Shown here in pieces: positions 28,201 to 37,274 of a stretch of DNA of 64,000 bases. The stretch's first letter is position 1; the number at the start of each line of letters is the position of its first letter. Made by a program: the position numbers and the translations under genes. The notes under the pieces are model-generated. The model worked only from the letters and a program-made list of their open reading frames with translations, did no database searches and was not told the DNA's origin. The DNA comes from a virus (Duplodnaviria > Heunggongvirae > Uroviricota > Caudoviricetes): the IMG/VR virus record IMGVR_UViG_3300035661_000047; one strand, given 5' to 3'.

Positions 28201-31200
28201 TCTCGTCAAGAGTTCTATGCAGCCTCTGCTGTGGAGAATACCTCTGTGACGATTGCGGCAGATGGAACACTGTCTGGCGCTGGAGGCGGTAAGGTAACTT
28301 CTGCCGGGCTCGGTATCCGTCAGTTTAGGGCTTTCTCACGAGGCTTGTCTTCGACAACACAGCCGACTGGTATTGCAGTCGGTCTGATGGACGTTGACAA
28401 CAACTCTCAGATCAGCGCAACCGGGCGGTCGTACCGCCTTAACGTGCTTGCGCGGGCTGACGGCTCTTCTGTGCTAAACGAACAGTACGACGTGTACGGT
28501 GGAGCTACAACAGCTAACCCGTACATCGCAAACGGCCTGTTGTGGTCAGAAGACTTCACAAATGCTGTGTGGTTGTCTGACGCCCCGGTAATCACAAAGA
28601 CTGTGACTGCTGGCGTAACTCTTGAAGACGGTTCGACTGGCTCAGTGATGAAGATCACTGAAAATGCTACTTCAAGTAACCAAAGTCTGTATCAGTCATA
28701 TGTACTGTCTGCTGTTGGAACTCGTAATGCATACTACGACGTTAAAGCTGCTGAGCGGTCATTCGTTAGAATGACACTCGGAAGCGGAAGCGTTGTAAAC
28801 GGTGTATCGGCTGTGTTCGATTTGTCGGCTGGCACTGTGTCAACAGCCGCTGTAGCAACTGGAACAGCAACAACACCGACAGCGACGATTACATCGCTTG
28901 GAAATGGCTGGTATCGCTGTAACGTTGGAGCGACGTTCAACACTGTTGAAACGCTGTACGCTGGCCTGTACATCCGCTCAACAAACAGCACAGCGTCATA
29001 CGCAGGTACAGTTGGCAGTGGTGTGTATGTTCGTCGGGCTCAGCTAGGGTTTGGAACTGTCTATCGGAAGTATCGCGTCACATCTAGCGCCGTGCGCTAC
29101 CTTGATGCAGCCGCGCTGGCAGAAGACCTGAACGCCACCGATGCCTCTCAACTTGTAGTTGTGACGACGTTCGATGAGCCAATGTCGAATCGCCTTACAG
29201 GTGGCCTCGATACTGCAATCTATAGATGCGGTGGCAGTCGCTCAATCTTCGGAAGTACAAACTTCAAGGGCCGTGCGTCTTACGTTCTTGTCGGCATCCC
29301 TGGGTGCGGCGAGGGCAACGGCTATGAGAGTTATGCTGGTGACGTGACTAACGATCCTAATGCGTGGAGTCTGGTGACATTCTCCCTGCAAAATGGCTTG
29401 TTGAACGTAAGCGGGACTGGAAGTAATCCTCGGGCACTGACTGACTACGGGTACACCGGAGATATGGAAGCTACGGCTGGTGTAACTCTGGCTAGAACCG
29501 GGGCGGTAACTGTGTCAGGAAGTTCAGTGACGAAAACCACTGGAACTCTTCTGTGGGATGCTGCTGTATATAGCGTTGAGCGATATGTTGGTGGTGCTTA
29601 CGTAACGTTCAGTCCTGCGCAGACAAACTCTGCGTTCATGCTTGGACTTAATACTGACCCGACAAGTGATGCAAACTTTGCCTCTATCGACTACGCCTTT
29701 TGCATTCAGAATGATGGAAAGGTGTCCGTTTACGAGAGCGGAACTGCTGTAGCTGTCGGCCTGCCGACGTATGCTGTCGGAGACGTATTCACAGTGACAT
29801 ATGACGGTTCAAACGTTCGCTACTACCAGAACACGACGCTTCTGCGGACTGTAGCTGCAAGCGCAAACCTTGCACTCTACCTTGACTCTTCTTTCCACGG
29901 CTTGAACGCCACGGCAACCAAAATCAAATTTGGGCATCTGTCGTCAAACAACTGGGCCAGTGTCGGAGGAAGCGGAAAGCCGGCAGACAACGCCACGGTA
30001 GGTGCCCAGCTTGGCGTGAACATGAAGGATTCTGGCGGGACTGTCCTTGCTGATGGTGCTGTGCTGAACAGCGCACTTGACATTGGCGGGTCAAACCTGT
30101 GGAAGAATTCTGAAGCAACGACTTTTGGCTCGCTTATTAGTGGCACTGCGGCACTCTCGCTTGTGTCGCAAACGCTTCCAAACGGGCTCACTGGTAACGT
30201 GATTCAGGTTGTCACGACAACTGCCTCTGTTATCCGTGTAGCAAACGTAATTCGTGGAAACGACATCTACGCTGTTTCGATGTATCACAAAGTTGCGACT
30301 GGCACTGCCAATACAACTCTGGACATCTGTGACGTTGCTCCGAGTCCTAACACGCTTGCATCGACTACCTCATGGCAGTATTACAAGCTTGAAGGGCATA
30401 CAGTATCGAACTACACTGCCGCGACATTCAACTTCATCGACATCAATATCCCGACTGGAATTACACTGCACATCTGGCACCCACAGTGCGAGTATGGCAA
30501 CAAGGTCACAGACTGGAAGCCTGCTGTCGAAGACGTTTCTGCCAGCATCACAACTGCTGGAACTACAGCAACGTGGACTGGAGTATCTGGCACGGGCAAA
30601 CCTGCTGACAACGCCAACAACACATCGGTCGATGCGTCTGGAAGTATCCAAGGTGTATCATCTGGGGCTGGGACTCAGGTCAGTAATGCTGTGCTTGCTT
30701 TTGCAGGTAATCTGTGCTACAATTCAGACTTCAGTCACGGATTGCAGGGATGGACTGTAAGTAACAACCCGTTTACTGCAACATACGACTACATCAACTC
30801 GTCCCACCTGGGTATGGCGGGTGTATCGTGGACTGTGAACGGTGGAGTTGGCGAAGGTACTACGACGCTGCAAGTATGGCAGAACAATACGACCGCGACT
30901 GGCTACTTTGAAATTCTGAGTGACCAGATTCCTGTCGTGATTGGAAAGCGGTATGTCGTAAGCGCATACTCTGGAGCCCACCGTTGCAACGTTGACGTGT
31001 TCGTATACACTTACAACTCGTCTGGGACTATGGTTGGTAGCTACGGAAACGACGCAGACTACAACGCTGCGTCTGCGGCAGGGGGACTTCTTCTGAGCGG
31101 GTATAAGCGCCATCAACAAGCCTTCACTGTCCCTGCCGGCGTGGCTTATGCCAGAGTGGCATTGCGGAAGTTTGGCACAATCTCCCCTAATACTGACTCT

Positions 31201-31965
31201 TGGATGTTTATTTCACGAGTTAAGCTTGAAGAGGTTGGATTGTCAGGTTCTACAGCGGGTCCGTGGAACCCACCAGGGTTCGGAGTAAGCTCTACCCGTC
31301 CAATCAACGCATCAAACGCAAGCACATACATCGCAAGTGCAGCTATCGGTGATGCTCAGATTGGAAGCTTGAATGCAGCAAAGATCACAGCCGGAACGAT
31401 TACAACTGACAAGTTGGAAGTCAATGCGGTTAACATCCTTGCACGCGCTGCGGCTAGCTCTGGATTCGTCAACGATTGGCTTGCTAACGTGAATTACGAG
31501 TCAAAGACTTTGAACGGACCGTCTATTGCAGCAGTTGCTAACAGAAAGCTGGAGACAACTGGGCATATCTCAATTGCAATCGAGTTTCCTGCTGAGGCAA
31601 CAAGTGTTGTATACGTTGGAGTTGTTGTCGATGCATACTTCTCGTACTCTGGTGCTCCTGCGGCTCCTGGCTTGTACCCGCCAGGACCAAATGCAAGAGA
31701 GTTTGGTATGAGCGATATCCGGCCAGTAATCGGGTTTTCTCCTGCATCTGGTGTAAACAACGTTAAAGGAGCATACCTTACTGTTCCATTTAAGGCATAT
31801 GTGACACCTACAGCAGACGTAACAGCGATTCCGGTTGTCAGATACACGGTGTACTACCTGAGCAGCACGTTGACACCAGTCACAACTCCGGTGTTTTCTG
31901 CCACGTTCTCAAACACTGAGTCATACTCTCGTGCAGAGTTCTCTACATGGGTAACAAAGGTATAA
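25228..31965 (+). CDS. giant central tail fibre / host-specificity protein with collagen-like repeats
   Basis: 2245 aa; repeated GTNGTNG(L/V)NGQRG GXY tracts and two tandem ~95-aa repeats (ILEMYQWAVAAPATFPSGTSTYTWATG... vs VLEVYQWAAAAPTTYPSGTSTYTWATG...). Confidence 0.8.
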   Translation: MATVVNARDVQLPLTSPRLNLVTMADNIQVSQSNVTGLGLIVEGTKQIWLSSTSQIFQIPKSGSTTPASITVTANVRNLTATPTLTIVSGSGTMSVVPALTAGVFTFTPAQLTSDAVTLRLTLTENSVTYTDDLTVVKVREGIDSLTGYLTNEAHTLPGDNAGNVTSYTGASGNFKVFQGTTDVTSVCTFSLVAGGNPDTLTYTLTASGASAGAYAVTAAYPTAKNVTTLTLRATFGTTTIDKVFTLSKANAGSSGTNGTRTAILEMYQWAVAAPATFPSGTSTYTWATGQFTAPATLNGWSLTPPAAVNGQTLYVVRQVFADSGTSTTSAVTWTATSSSPSGAAGTNGTNGLNGQRVGVLEVYQWAAAAPTTYPSGTSTYTWATGAFTAPTTPNGWNLTPGAAVAGQTLWAISVKVSDALTTTTSSATWNSTTVYAIGAAGTNGTNGTNGTNGVNGQRGSQTFYVALSGGTNTYSDTLATTTATASGGPILNDVVVQYNNSVSFSQTKFWNGTSWSLVNAVVDGNLLVSGTVGTAALAANAVTAGKIGANEITTDKLKVTGKGSAMNDDPSFSDPAAWTITTGAVAYKSNTTATGAAGNLYIDSTTLDSRAESRNIQINPAKTYKLTANLFSGTGSDRNMYLYVRMFTATGTEVTSTGWGGIYAGYVFGGLVSPQNQWVECGGQFGAGMPSRLIPSNVAYIRVGIWMQYSTIGSNLIQQACQNLRLVDAVDASVVVDGSLTATKIDTRGLSIKDAAGNVILAAGSPLSIANIVDQQGYGFSQESLRRNMVDPSRWAIGVDGWTGYGSVGVQTQLMMAGSDNTQQRVWQVTSTVGQFNWQGGPISRDVTVSDSKTYRYIIPVRRVGTNTDGGIVYIGVQQGDSNICDLNTSTLQLDGYFAGVSVSSLVQDRWYIVVGYIYPAGSTGMTNSDAGVYDCLTGAKLTGGTNFCWAANASIFAVRNGLYKSTAFTLAVTAQFGQPSIQCIDGTESSRQEFYAASAVENTSVTIAADGTLSGAGGGKVTSAGLGIRQFRAFSRGLSSTTQPTGIAVGLMDVDNNSQISATGRSYRLNVLARADGSSVLNEQYDVYGGATTANPYIANGLLWSEDFTNAVWLSDAPVITKTVTAGVTLEDGSTGSVMKITENATSSNQSLYQSYVLSAVGTRNAYYDVKAAERSFVRMTLGSGSVVNGVSAVFDLSAGTVSTAAVATGTATTPTATITSLGNGWYRCNVGATFNTVETLYAGLYIRSTNSTASYAGTVGSGVYVRRAQLGFGTVYRKYRVTSSAVRYLDAAALAEDLNATDASQLVVVTTFDEPMSNRLTGGLDTAIYRCGGSRSIFGSTNFKGRASYVLVGIPGCGEGNGYESYAGDVTNDPNAWSLVTFSLQNGLLNVSGTGSNPRALTDYGYTGDMEATAGVTLARTGAVTVSGSSVTKTTGTLLWDAAVYSVERYVGGAYVTFSPAQTNSAFMLGLNTDPTSDANFASIDYAFCIQNDGKVSVYESGTAVAVGLPTYAVGDVFTVTYDGSNVRYYQNTTLLRTVAASANLALYLDSSFHGLNATATKIKFGHLSSNNWASVGGSGKPADNATVGAQLGVNMKDSGGTVLADGAVLNSALDIGGSNLWKNSEATTFGSLISGTAALSLVSQTLPNGLTGNVIQVVTTTASVIRVANVIRGNDIYAVSMYHKVATGTANTTLDICDVAPSPNTLASTTSWQYYKLEGHTVSNYTAATFNFIDINIPTGITLHIWHPQCEYGNKVTDWKPAVEDVSASITTAGTTATWTGVSGTGKPADNANNTSVDASGSIQGVSSGAGTQVSNAVLAFAGNLCYNSDFSHGLQGWTVSNNPFTATYDYINSSHLGMAGVSWTVNGGVGEGTTTLQVWQNNTTATGYFEILSDQIPVVIGKRYVVSAYSGAHRCNVDVFVYTYNSSGTMVGSYGNDADYNAASAAGGLLLSGYKRHQQAFTVPAGVAYARVALRKFGTISPNTDSWMFISRVKLEEVGLSGSTAGPWNPPGFGVSSTRPINASNASTYIASAAIGDAQIGSLNAAKITAGTITTDKLEVNAVNILARAAASSGFVNDWLANVNYESKTLNGPSIAAVANRKLETTGHISIAIEFPAEATSVVYVGVVVDAYFSYSGAPAAPGLYPPGPNAREFGMSDIRPVIGFSPASGVNNVKGAYLTVPFKAYVTPTADVTAIPVVRYTVYYLSSTLTPVTTPVFSATFSNTESYSRAEFSTWVTKV

Positions 31966-31974
31966 GGAGAAAAA

Positions 31975-32556
31975 GTGAGAGCGACTATAGTTGATACTAC
32001 TGGTCGCCCAGTCATGTCAGTTGACGACGAATTTATCTCGTCGTTCATCCTGGCAGACGGCGAATCAGTAGTCGATGGCGAACCCCCTGGAGGTATGCCT
32101 TCTAGATGTAGATGGGTTGACGGAGAGTGGGTGTGCCCACTTCCTCGTCCGTCTCCGACGCACGTCCTCGGGCCTGACGGCCTTACATGGATGGACACTG
32201 AAACATTGGACGACGTTAAGAAGTCCAAATGGGAAGAGATAAAGGCTGCACGGACTGCGGCCATTGATGCACCACTAGAGACGCCTTACGGCGTCTTCGA
32301 CTCAGATTCAGAGTCACGGGGGAATATCAAGGATGCAGTCCTGATGGAGCAAACTCTGCTAAGCCTCGGAATGCCTGCTGATGTAGAGTTTACTTTGGCA
32401 GACAACACCAATGTCAGCCTGTCGGCTCCGGCTATGACACAGGTTGGCTTGATGCTCGGTGCTAAAGTCCAAGCAGCTCATGCAAGGGCTAGGGAGCTTC
32501 GTGCTATGATCGACGCCTGTTCGACAAAAGAAGAGGTGCTGTCAATCGTATGGTGA
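31975..32556 (+). CDS. putative tail fibre assembly/chaperone protein
   Basis: AGGAGA RBS + GTG start; 193 aa directly downstream of the fibre gene. Confidence 0.4.
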   Translation: MRATIVDTTGRPVMSVDDEFISSFILADGESVVDGEPPGGMPSRCRWVDGEWVCPLPRPSPTHVLGPDGLTWMDTETLDDVKKSKWEEIKAARTAAIDAPLETPYGVFDSDSESRGNIKDAVLMEQTLLSLGMPADVEFTLADNTNVSLSAPAMTQVGLMLGAKVQAAHARARELRAMIDACSTKEEVLSIVW

Positions 32557-32948
32557 AGACCGCTATAACAGCCATGCTGCTGGCTACCGCAATGGCATCT
32601 GGTGCGGGGCCACTACAACCGGCCTCAGAAGCCTTAAACCCGCTTGTAGAGTACCGTCAGTGCGGAGAGCCAGTTAGGACACAGGCAGGAGAAATAAAAC
32701 GCTCCAGCGCCGTTCTAGCGGCTTTTAAGCGGTATCACCCATGCCCGGCAACCGGACAGTCTTACGGGGCGTGTCCTGGGTGGGCAGTCGATCACGTAAT
32801 ATCGCTTGCCGCTGGCGGGTGCGACAGTGTTAGCAACATGGCGTGGATGCCGGTTCAAATTAAGTCGTGCTCTTCGCAGTATTGCAAGGACCGCTGGGAA
32901 CGGAAATACTACGGATCGCCTCACGGCATCGTGACGTTCTCAAACTGA
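32550..32948 (+). CDS. secreted Cys-rich HNH-like protein
   Basis: N-terminal signal-peptide-like MVKTAITAMLLATAMASGAGP; motif GWAVDHVISLAAGG...N...C..C resembling the HNH core; 6 Cys. Confidence 0.5.
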   Translation: MVKTAITAMLLATAMASGAGPLQPASEALNPLVEYRQCGEPVRTQAGEIKRSSAVLAAFKRYHPCPATGQSYGACPGWAVDHVISLAAGGCDSVSNMAWMPVQIKSCSSQYCKDRWERKYYGSPHGIVTFSN

Positions 32949-32958
32949 TAATGGCAAA

Positions 32959-32999
32959 TGGGAGGGACAGAAATGTCACCTCCCTACTTGCGTTTTTTT
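32959..32999 (+). terminator. rho-independent terminator
   Basis: GGGAGGGACA-GAAA-TGTCACCTCCC hairpin followed by T8 run (32992-32999). Confidence 0.6.
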
Positions 33000-33016
33000 T
33001 GAATGGATGGTGTATA

Positions 33017-33847
33017 ATGGCTAACTTGCGTATTGTGTACGACAATGCTGCAAACCGTGCAGCAACCCTCGTAGCATCGACTACGGCAGGAACTCTGGCA
33101 GCTAGCAACATGCTGACGGACATCAAATCAGAGGTATGGCGGAGCACTTCGACTTCTGCCACACTTACATTGACTTGGAATACAGCAGAGGTAGTCAGCG
33201 CAGTGGCATTGCCATTTTGCAGCTTGACCTCTGCTGCAACAATCCGCGTTAGGTGCTACACCAACACTGCGGATGCATCGCCAGTGACCGACTCTGGCAC
33301 AATCATTGCAGCGCCAAGCTCTCTTGGCAGTTCGACGTGGGGTACGATGCCTCTCGGTGTCAACGCCTACTCATACGGTGGATCGGCCTACGCAGACGTT
33401 TGGCTTACTCCGGCAGCAGTCAAGAAGGTCGTCATCGACCTCGTAGATACTTCCAACGCTCTGGGGTATGTAGAGGCTGCAAAGATCGTCGTAGGCCAGT
33501 ATTGGTCGCCGTCAGTAAACACTGGGTACGGTGCAAAAGTCGAAGTTGACGAGACTACTAGACACGAACGAAGCGATGCTGGCGATCTTCGCACAGACCG
33601 TGGTGCTTCGTACAAGACGCTCACGTTTGACCTTGGCCTTATGCCCGCGACTGACCGAAACCAGATGTGGAATATCATCCGTGGCAACGGTATGTATAAG
33701 CCTGTGTTTGTAAGTCTGTGCCCAGGGTCGAGCGATACGATGGAAGAGCAAATCTTCCAAATCTACGGGAAGATGACGCGAGCATCGGGACTTCAATACC
33801 AGTTCCTGAACCAGTTTGCGACATCGCTACAAATTGAGGAAATCTGA
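33017..33847 (+). CDS. hypothetical Thr/Ser/Ala-rich protein (possible fibre-associated)
   Basis: ATG at 33017 directly after terminator (track start 32867 would read through the terminator); 276 aa. Confidence 0.5.
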   Translation: MANLRIVYDNAANRAATLVASTTAGTLAASNMLTDIKSEVWRSTSTSATLTLTWNTAEVVSAVALPFCSLTSAATIRVRCYTNTADASPVTDSGTIIAAPSSLGSSTWGTMPLGVNAYSYGGSAYADVWLTPAAVKKVVIDLVDTSNALGYVEAAKIVVGQYWSPSVNTGYGAKVEVDETTRHERSDAGDLRTDRGASYKTLTFDLGLMPATDRNQMWNIIRGNGMYKPVFVSLCPGSSDTMEEQIFQIYGKMTRASGLQYQFLNQFATSLQIEEI

Positions 33848-34743
33848 TGCCGACATTCTATATCGGGCAGACAGACTACATCGAACAGCTCAACGCCTTG
33901 GCCGGGTCTTATGGGGGTGTAGCTAACTCCAGCACGTTCGGTATTGGAGACGCTACAGACTCCACGAAGGTTGCAGAGTTCGCAGTATCTGGCTTCCCTA
34001 CTGCAACAACGTACACGTTTACGCTTCCAGCTATTACCGGGCAACTTGCAACGCTTGGAAACCTAACCCAGACGTTTACAGGCCCTACAACGTACTCGAA
34101 TGCGACGTTCACAGTGACTGGTACGTCACTGACGTTTGGAAACTCTACGGCCGCTACAACGATCAACATCGGTACTGGAGCCACGCTGACGGCGACTACA
34201 AAGACTGTGAACATCGGAACTGGTGGCGTATCAGGGTCAACGACAACCATCAACATTGGAACCTCTGCTGGTGGAACATCGGTAATCACGTTCAATGCTG
34301 CACCAGTGTCCGCAGTAGGATACAAAGTAGGGACGACGCTTTCAAGCGACGTTAACACGCTTGACTACTACCAAGAGGGGACATTTACCCCGGTAATCGC
34401 AGGAACTACAACTGCTGGAGCCGGCACGTACACTCTTCAAACTGGCACGTACACGCGCATTGGAAACCGTGTGATGTTCTCTGCCAGGGTAACTTGGACA
34501 GCTCACACGGGCACCGGAAACTTCACGATTACGGGCCTTCCGTTTGCGTCGAGTGCATCCACTCCGACAAGTCCATTCAGCGTTATTGGCATCAGTGTAA
34601 CATACACTGGCACACTGGTTGCGTACGCAAGCACTGGCACCAGCGTAATCACTCTCGCTCAGCAAACGTCAGCAGCGACACTAACATCCCTGACCATTCT
34701 AGCGTCTGGCGATCTTCTAATCAACGGCAGTTACATGGTATAA
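33847..34743 (+). CDS. tail fibre protein (Gly/Thr-rich beta-helix-like repeats)
   Basis: 298 aa with repeated TINIGTGATLTATTKTVNIGTGGVSGSTTTINIGTSAGG-type motifs. Confidence 0.55.
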   Translation: MPTFYIGQTDYIEQLNALAGSYGGVANSSTFGIGDATDSTKVAEFAVSGFPTATTYTFTLPAITGQLATLGNLTQTFTGPTTYSNATFTVTGTSLTFGNSTAATTINIGTGATLTATTKTVNIGTGGVSGSTTTINIGTSAGGTSVITFNAAPVSAVGYKVGTTLSSDVNTLDYYQEGTFTPVIAGTTTAGAGTYTLQTGTYTRIGNRVMFSARVTWTAHTGTGNFTITGLPFASSASTPTSPFSVIGISVTYTGTLVAYASTGTSVITLAQQTSAATLTSLTILASGDLLINGSYMV

Positions 34744-34746
34744 GCG

Positions 34747-35073
34747 ATGGGCAATCTTGACCCAAAAACTGAATTCATTCATTCTGGTGTTCTGACGTAT
34801 CTCGGTGTTCTTGGTATCTCTCTTTGGGGCGGGATTGTATCCTACTTTGAGAAGAAGGAAAAGTTCTCTTGGTACAACCTGATTGCTCATCTTAGCTCAG
34901 CATCGTTTGCAGGCATGATGACGTTCTTCGGATGCGAGTATGCAGGCGTATCAGGTCCACTGGTCGGCGTGCTTTGTGGAGTCGCAGCTCACATGGGAAC
35001 TCCAGCACTTATTGCACTGGCTATGAAGCTGAAGATTGTCCGTAACGTAATTGACGACAAGGAAGAAAAGTGA
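34747..35073 (+). CDS. holin (3 predicted TM segments)
   Basis: 108 aa; hydrophobic segments LTYLGVLGISLWGGIVSYF, LIAHLSSASFAGMMTFFGC, LVGVLCGVAAHMGTPALIALAM; charged C-terminus; directly precedes endolysin. Confidence 0.6.
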   Translation: MGNLDPKTEFIHSGVLTYLGVLGISLWGGIVSYFEKKEKFSWYNLIAHLSSASFAGMMTFFGCEYAGVSGPLVGVLCGVAAHMGTPALIALAMKLKIVRNVIDDKEEK

Positions 35074-35645
35074 ATACAAGCCAGCTCACGCTGGCTCAGC
35101 TTCTCACAATCATGCCATACGCTAAGGCGCGTGGCGAGAAGTTTTTGCCAGCACTGAACGCTGCTATGGCAGAGTTCAAAATCGACTCAGAGGCCCGCCA
35201 AGCCGCTTTCTTGGCTCAGGTAGGGCACGAGTCAGGGCAGCTCCGTTACGTGGCTGAAATCGCCTCTGGAGCGGCCTACGAGGGACGCAAAGACCTTGGC
35301 AACACAGTCAAGGGCGATGGCATCAAGTACAAGGGCCGTGGCCTTATCCAAGTCACAGGCCGCACGAACTACGTCGCAGTGAGCAAGGCTCTTGGCATCG
35401 ACTGTGTGAACAAGCCAGAGCTTCTTGAATCAACTGAGAATGCATGTCGCTCGGCTGCATGGTGGTGGGCATCGAAGGGGCTGAACGAACTGGCTGATGC
35501 TGGAAACTTCCTTGCTATTACGAAGAAAATCAATGGCTGGACAAACGGACTAAAAGACCGTGAAGAACTGTACGCCAGAGCTAAAATTGCGCTGGTAAGG
35601 CAGGCGCCTGTAGTGGCACAAGAACCTGTACAAACTCCAAAGTAA
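35070..35645 (+). CDS. endolysin, glycoside hydrolase family 19 (chitinase-like lysozyme)
   Basis: Motifs QVGHESGQLRY and YKGRGLIQVTGRTNY consistent with the GH19 catalytic region. Confidence 0.75.
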   Translation: MNTSQLTLAQLLTIMPYAKARGEKFLPALNAAMAEFKIDSEARQAAFLAQVGHESGQLRYVAEIASGAAYEGRKDLGNTVKGDGIKYKGRGLIQVTGRTNYVAVSKALGIDCVNKPELLESTENACRSAAWWWASKGLNELADAGNFLAITKKINGWTNGLKDREELYARAKIALVRQAPVVAQEPVQTPK

Positions 35646-35651
35646 ACTCAA

Positions 35652-35939
35652 ATGAATCTGACCCAAGTAGTCGCAGTATCTGACCTCTTCCGTAAGGGCG
35701 AGGCGGTTGCAAACAAAGAAGCATGGAAGTCGGGCCAAGTCTCGGCAACCGTTGTCGGTGGTGTAGTTGTCGCGGCAGTTAACGTAGCCCAAGCCTATGG
35801 CTACCCTATCCCGGCTAACCTTGACGCTGACCTTATTACGACGGTCTGCGCAGGACTTGTAAGCGTAGTCAACGTCATACTGACGTGGGTAACGTCCGAA
35901 AGTGCAGGCATCCTGCCAGCAAAAGAACAAGCCAAGTAA
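35652..35939 (+). CDS. lysis-associated membrane protein (antiholin/second holin/spanin-like)
   Basis: 95 aa with two hydrophobic stretches (VSATVVGGVVVAAVNVAQAYG; TVCAGLVSVVNVILTWV), last gene of lysis cassette. Confidence 0.45.
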   Translation: MNLTQVVAVSDLFRKGEAVANKEAWKSGQVSATVVGGVVVAAVNVAQAYGYPIPANLDADLITTVCAGLVSVVNVILTWVTSESAGILPAKEQAK

Positions 35940-35999
35940 AGCAAAAGCCCACCACGATTTCTCATGATGGGCTAAATGATTATGCTGTGGTAAGCATTT

Positions 36000-36034
36000 A
36001 GAGCTAACTCGAAAGGGGTTAGCTCTTTTTTTTT
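36000..36034 (+). terminator. strong rho-independent terminator ending the late operon (convergent junction)
   Basis: AGAGCTAAC-TCGAAAGGG-GTTAGCTCT perfect 9-bp stem followed by T9. Confidence 0.8.
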
Positions 36035-36305
36035 ACTCGAAAGCTTCGTCTAGTTGAGCGAAAACTTGACCTTGTTGAGAAGCCTCCTTGGTGGCTTCCT
36101 TGAACCTAGCCTTGAAATACTTTGTCAAGGTCTTCTTGTCGATGTTCATCGCTTCTGCTTGCGCTTCGATGACTTCCTTGAATTGCTCTTTTGCGTCAGC
36201 TTCAGCCTGCAGCACTCCACTGGCTTCGGTGTAGTACGCACGCAGCAGTTCGGCGTTGACGTTGACGGTGCCTTCGGCGGTTTGGATTGCGATCAGTTCG
36301 GTCAT
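36033..36305 (-). CDS. hypothetical protein (90 aa)
   Basis: AAGGAGAAATAC RBS before ATG 36305; last gene of leftward replication operon. Confidence 0.5.
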   Translation of the reverse strand: MTELIAIQTAEGTVNVNAELLRAYYTEASGVLQAEADAKEQFKEVIEAQAEAMNIDKKTLTKYFKARFKEATKEASQQGQVFAQLDEAFE

Positions 36306-36819
36306 GTATTTCTCCTTATAGGTGGTTGTTAGGGCTAGAATTAAATTTCTTCGACTGACTGACGACTGTTGTCAGACACCAACCACTCGCCAGCCTGGGT
36401 GTCAACTACAAAGTAGTCGTCGCATCCTGCAAATTTATTTGCGACTTCTTCGCTGTCGTACCTCGAATGCAACCGTCAAACAGGTCAGTGATATAGAAGC
36501 GGAAGGTCATTATTGATTCTCCTTATTCTCAGGGTACAGGTGCTCTGGCAGTCGGCCATTATAGCAACCAAAGCGCAGGAAGGCTGCGATTTCTAGAAAC
36601 GCCCAGTATCCGCTGGGCATCGGGCCACGCTGGCTCAAGCCTTCTTGGCTCGCTTCTTTGCAGCGACCTTCTTCAGTCGCTCTGCCGACAGCTCCTTGTG
36701 GAGCTTGTCATGGGCGGCTTTGTAGCCGGACTTCGATTCGATGTCACGAAGTACATTGATTTCTCCTTTTCAGTTTCAACGGAATTGATTGTACTGGTTG
36801 TACAGCCCTACGTCAAGCG

Positions 36820-37023
36820 TCAGAACCAGCCAACGATTGCACCAGCAGCAGGGAAGAGCCCGATCAGTCGGACAATCGTCTCGATGTCGAACAGCGGAAG
36901 ATGCACAAACAGCTTACAAACGTTCATGATCCATCCGATGATAGCCAGAATCCAAATGACTACGAAAGCCAGGATTCCAAACGCGCCTAGGGAAGTGAGA
37001 AAAGCTGCAATCGACTTGAGCAT
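36820..37023 (-). CDS. small membrane protein (2 TM)
   Basis: AAAGGAGAACC RBS before ATG 37023 (internal to track ORF 36820..37137); hydrophobic FLTSLGAFGILAFVVIWILAIIGWI. Confidence 0.5.
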   Translation of the reverse strand: MLKSIAAFLTSLGAFGILAFVVIWILAIIGWIMNVCKLFVHLPLFDIETIVRLIGLFPAAGAIVGWF

Positions 37024-37033
37024 GGTTCTCCTT

Positions 37034-37258
37034 TCAGATGAATCGGGCAACGTCAACCATGCGTTGACCGATGTATTCGCCACCGCAATACGCAGAGTAT
37101 ACCTGCGGAACGCTGCGATGTCCTGCTTCTCGGACAAATTTCATTGCGTCTGCGTCTTGATCGACGCGGACCTCAGTGTACTCAGTGCCGTGAATCTTCA
37201 GACCGGCTTTCAGTTTGTCGCACTGAGGGCAGGCGCTTTTGCTGTAGACAAAAATCAT
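37034..37258 (-). CDS. glutaredoxin / NrdH-like redoxin
   Basis: 74 aa with CPQC active-site motif; adjacent to nrdB/nrdA. Confidence 0.7.
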   Translation of the reverse strand: MIFVYSKSACPQCDKLKAGLKIHGTEYTEVRVDQDADAMKFVREAGHRSVPQVYSAYCGGEYIGQRMVDVARFI

Positions 37259-37274
37259 TGTATCAGTTCCTTTC

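Noticed and set aside
30714-30727. GTGCTACAAT match to the promoter family inside the tail-fibre gene
   Set aside because: No TTGACA-like -35 at 17 +/- 1 nt; probably chance occurrence within coding sequence
33013-33018. TGn-TATAAT element at 33011-33018 suggesting a promoter after the 32959-32999 terminator
   Set aside because: The hexamer overlaps the ATG (33017) of the downstream gene and no -35 is present; more likely part of the translation-initiation region
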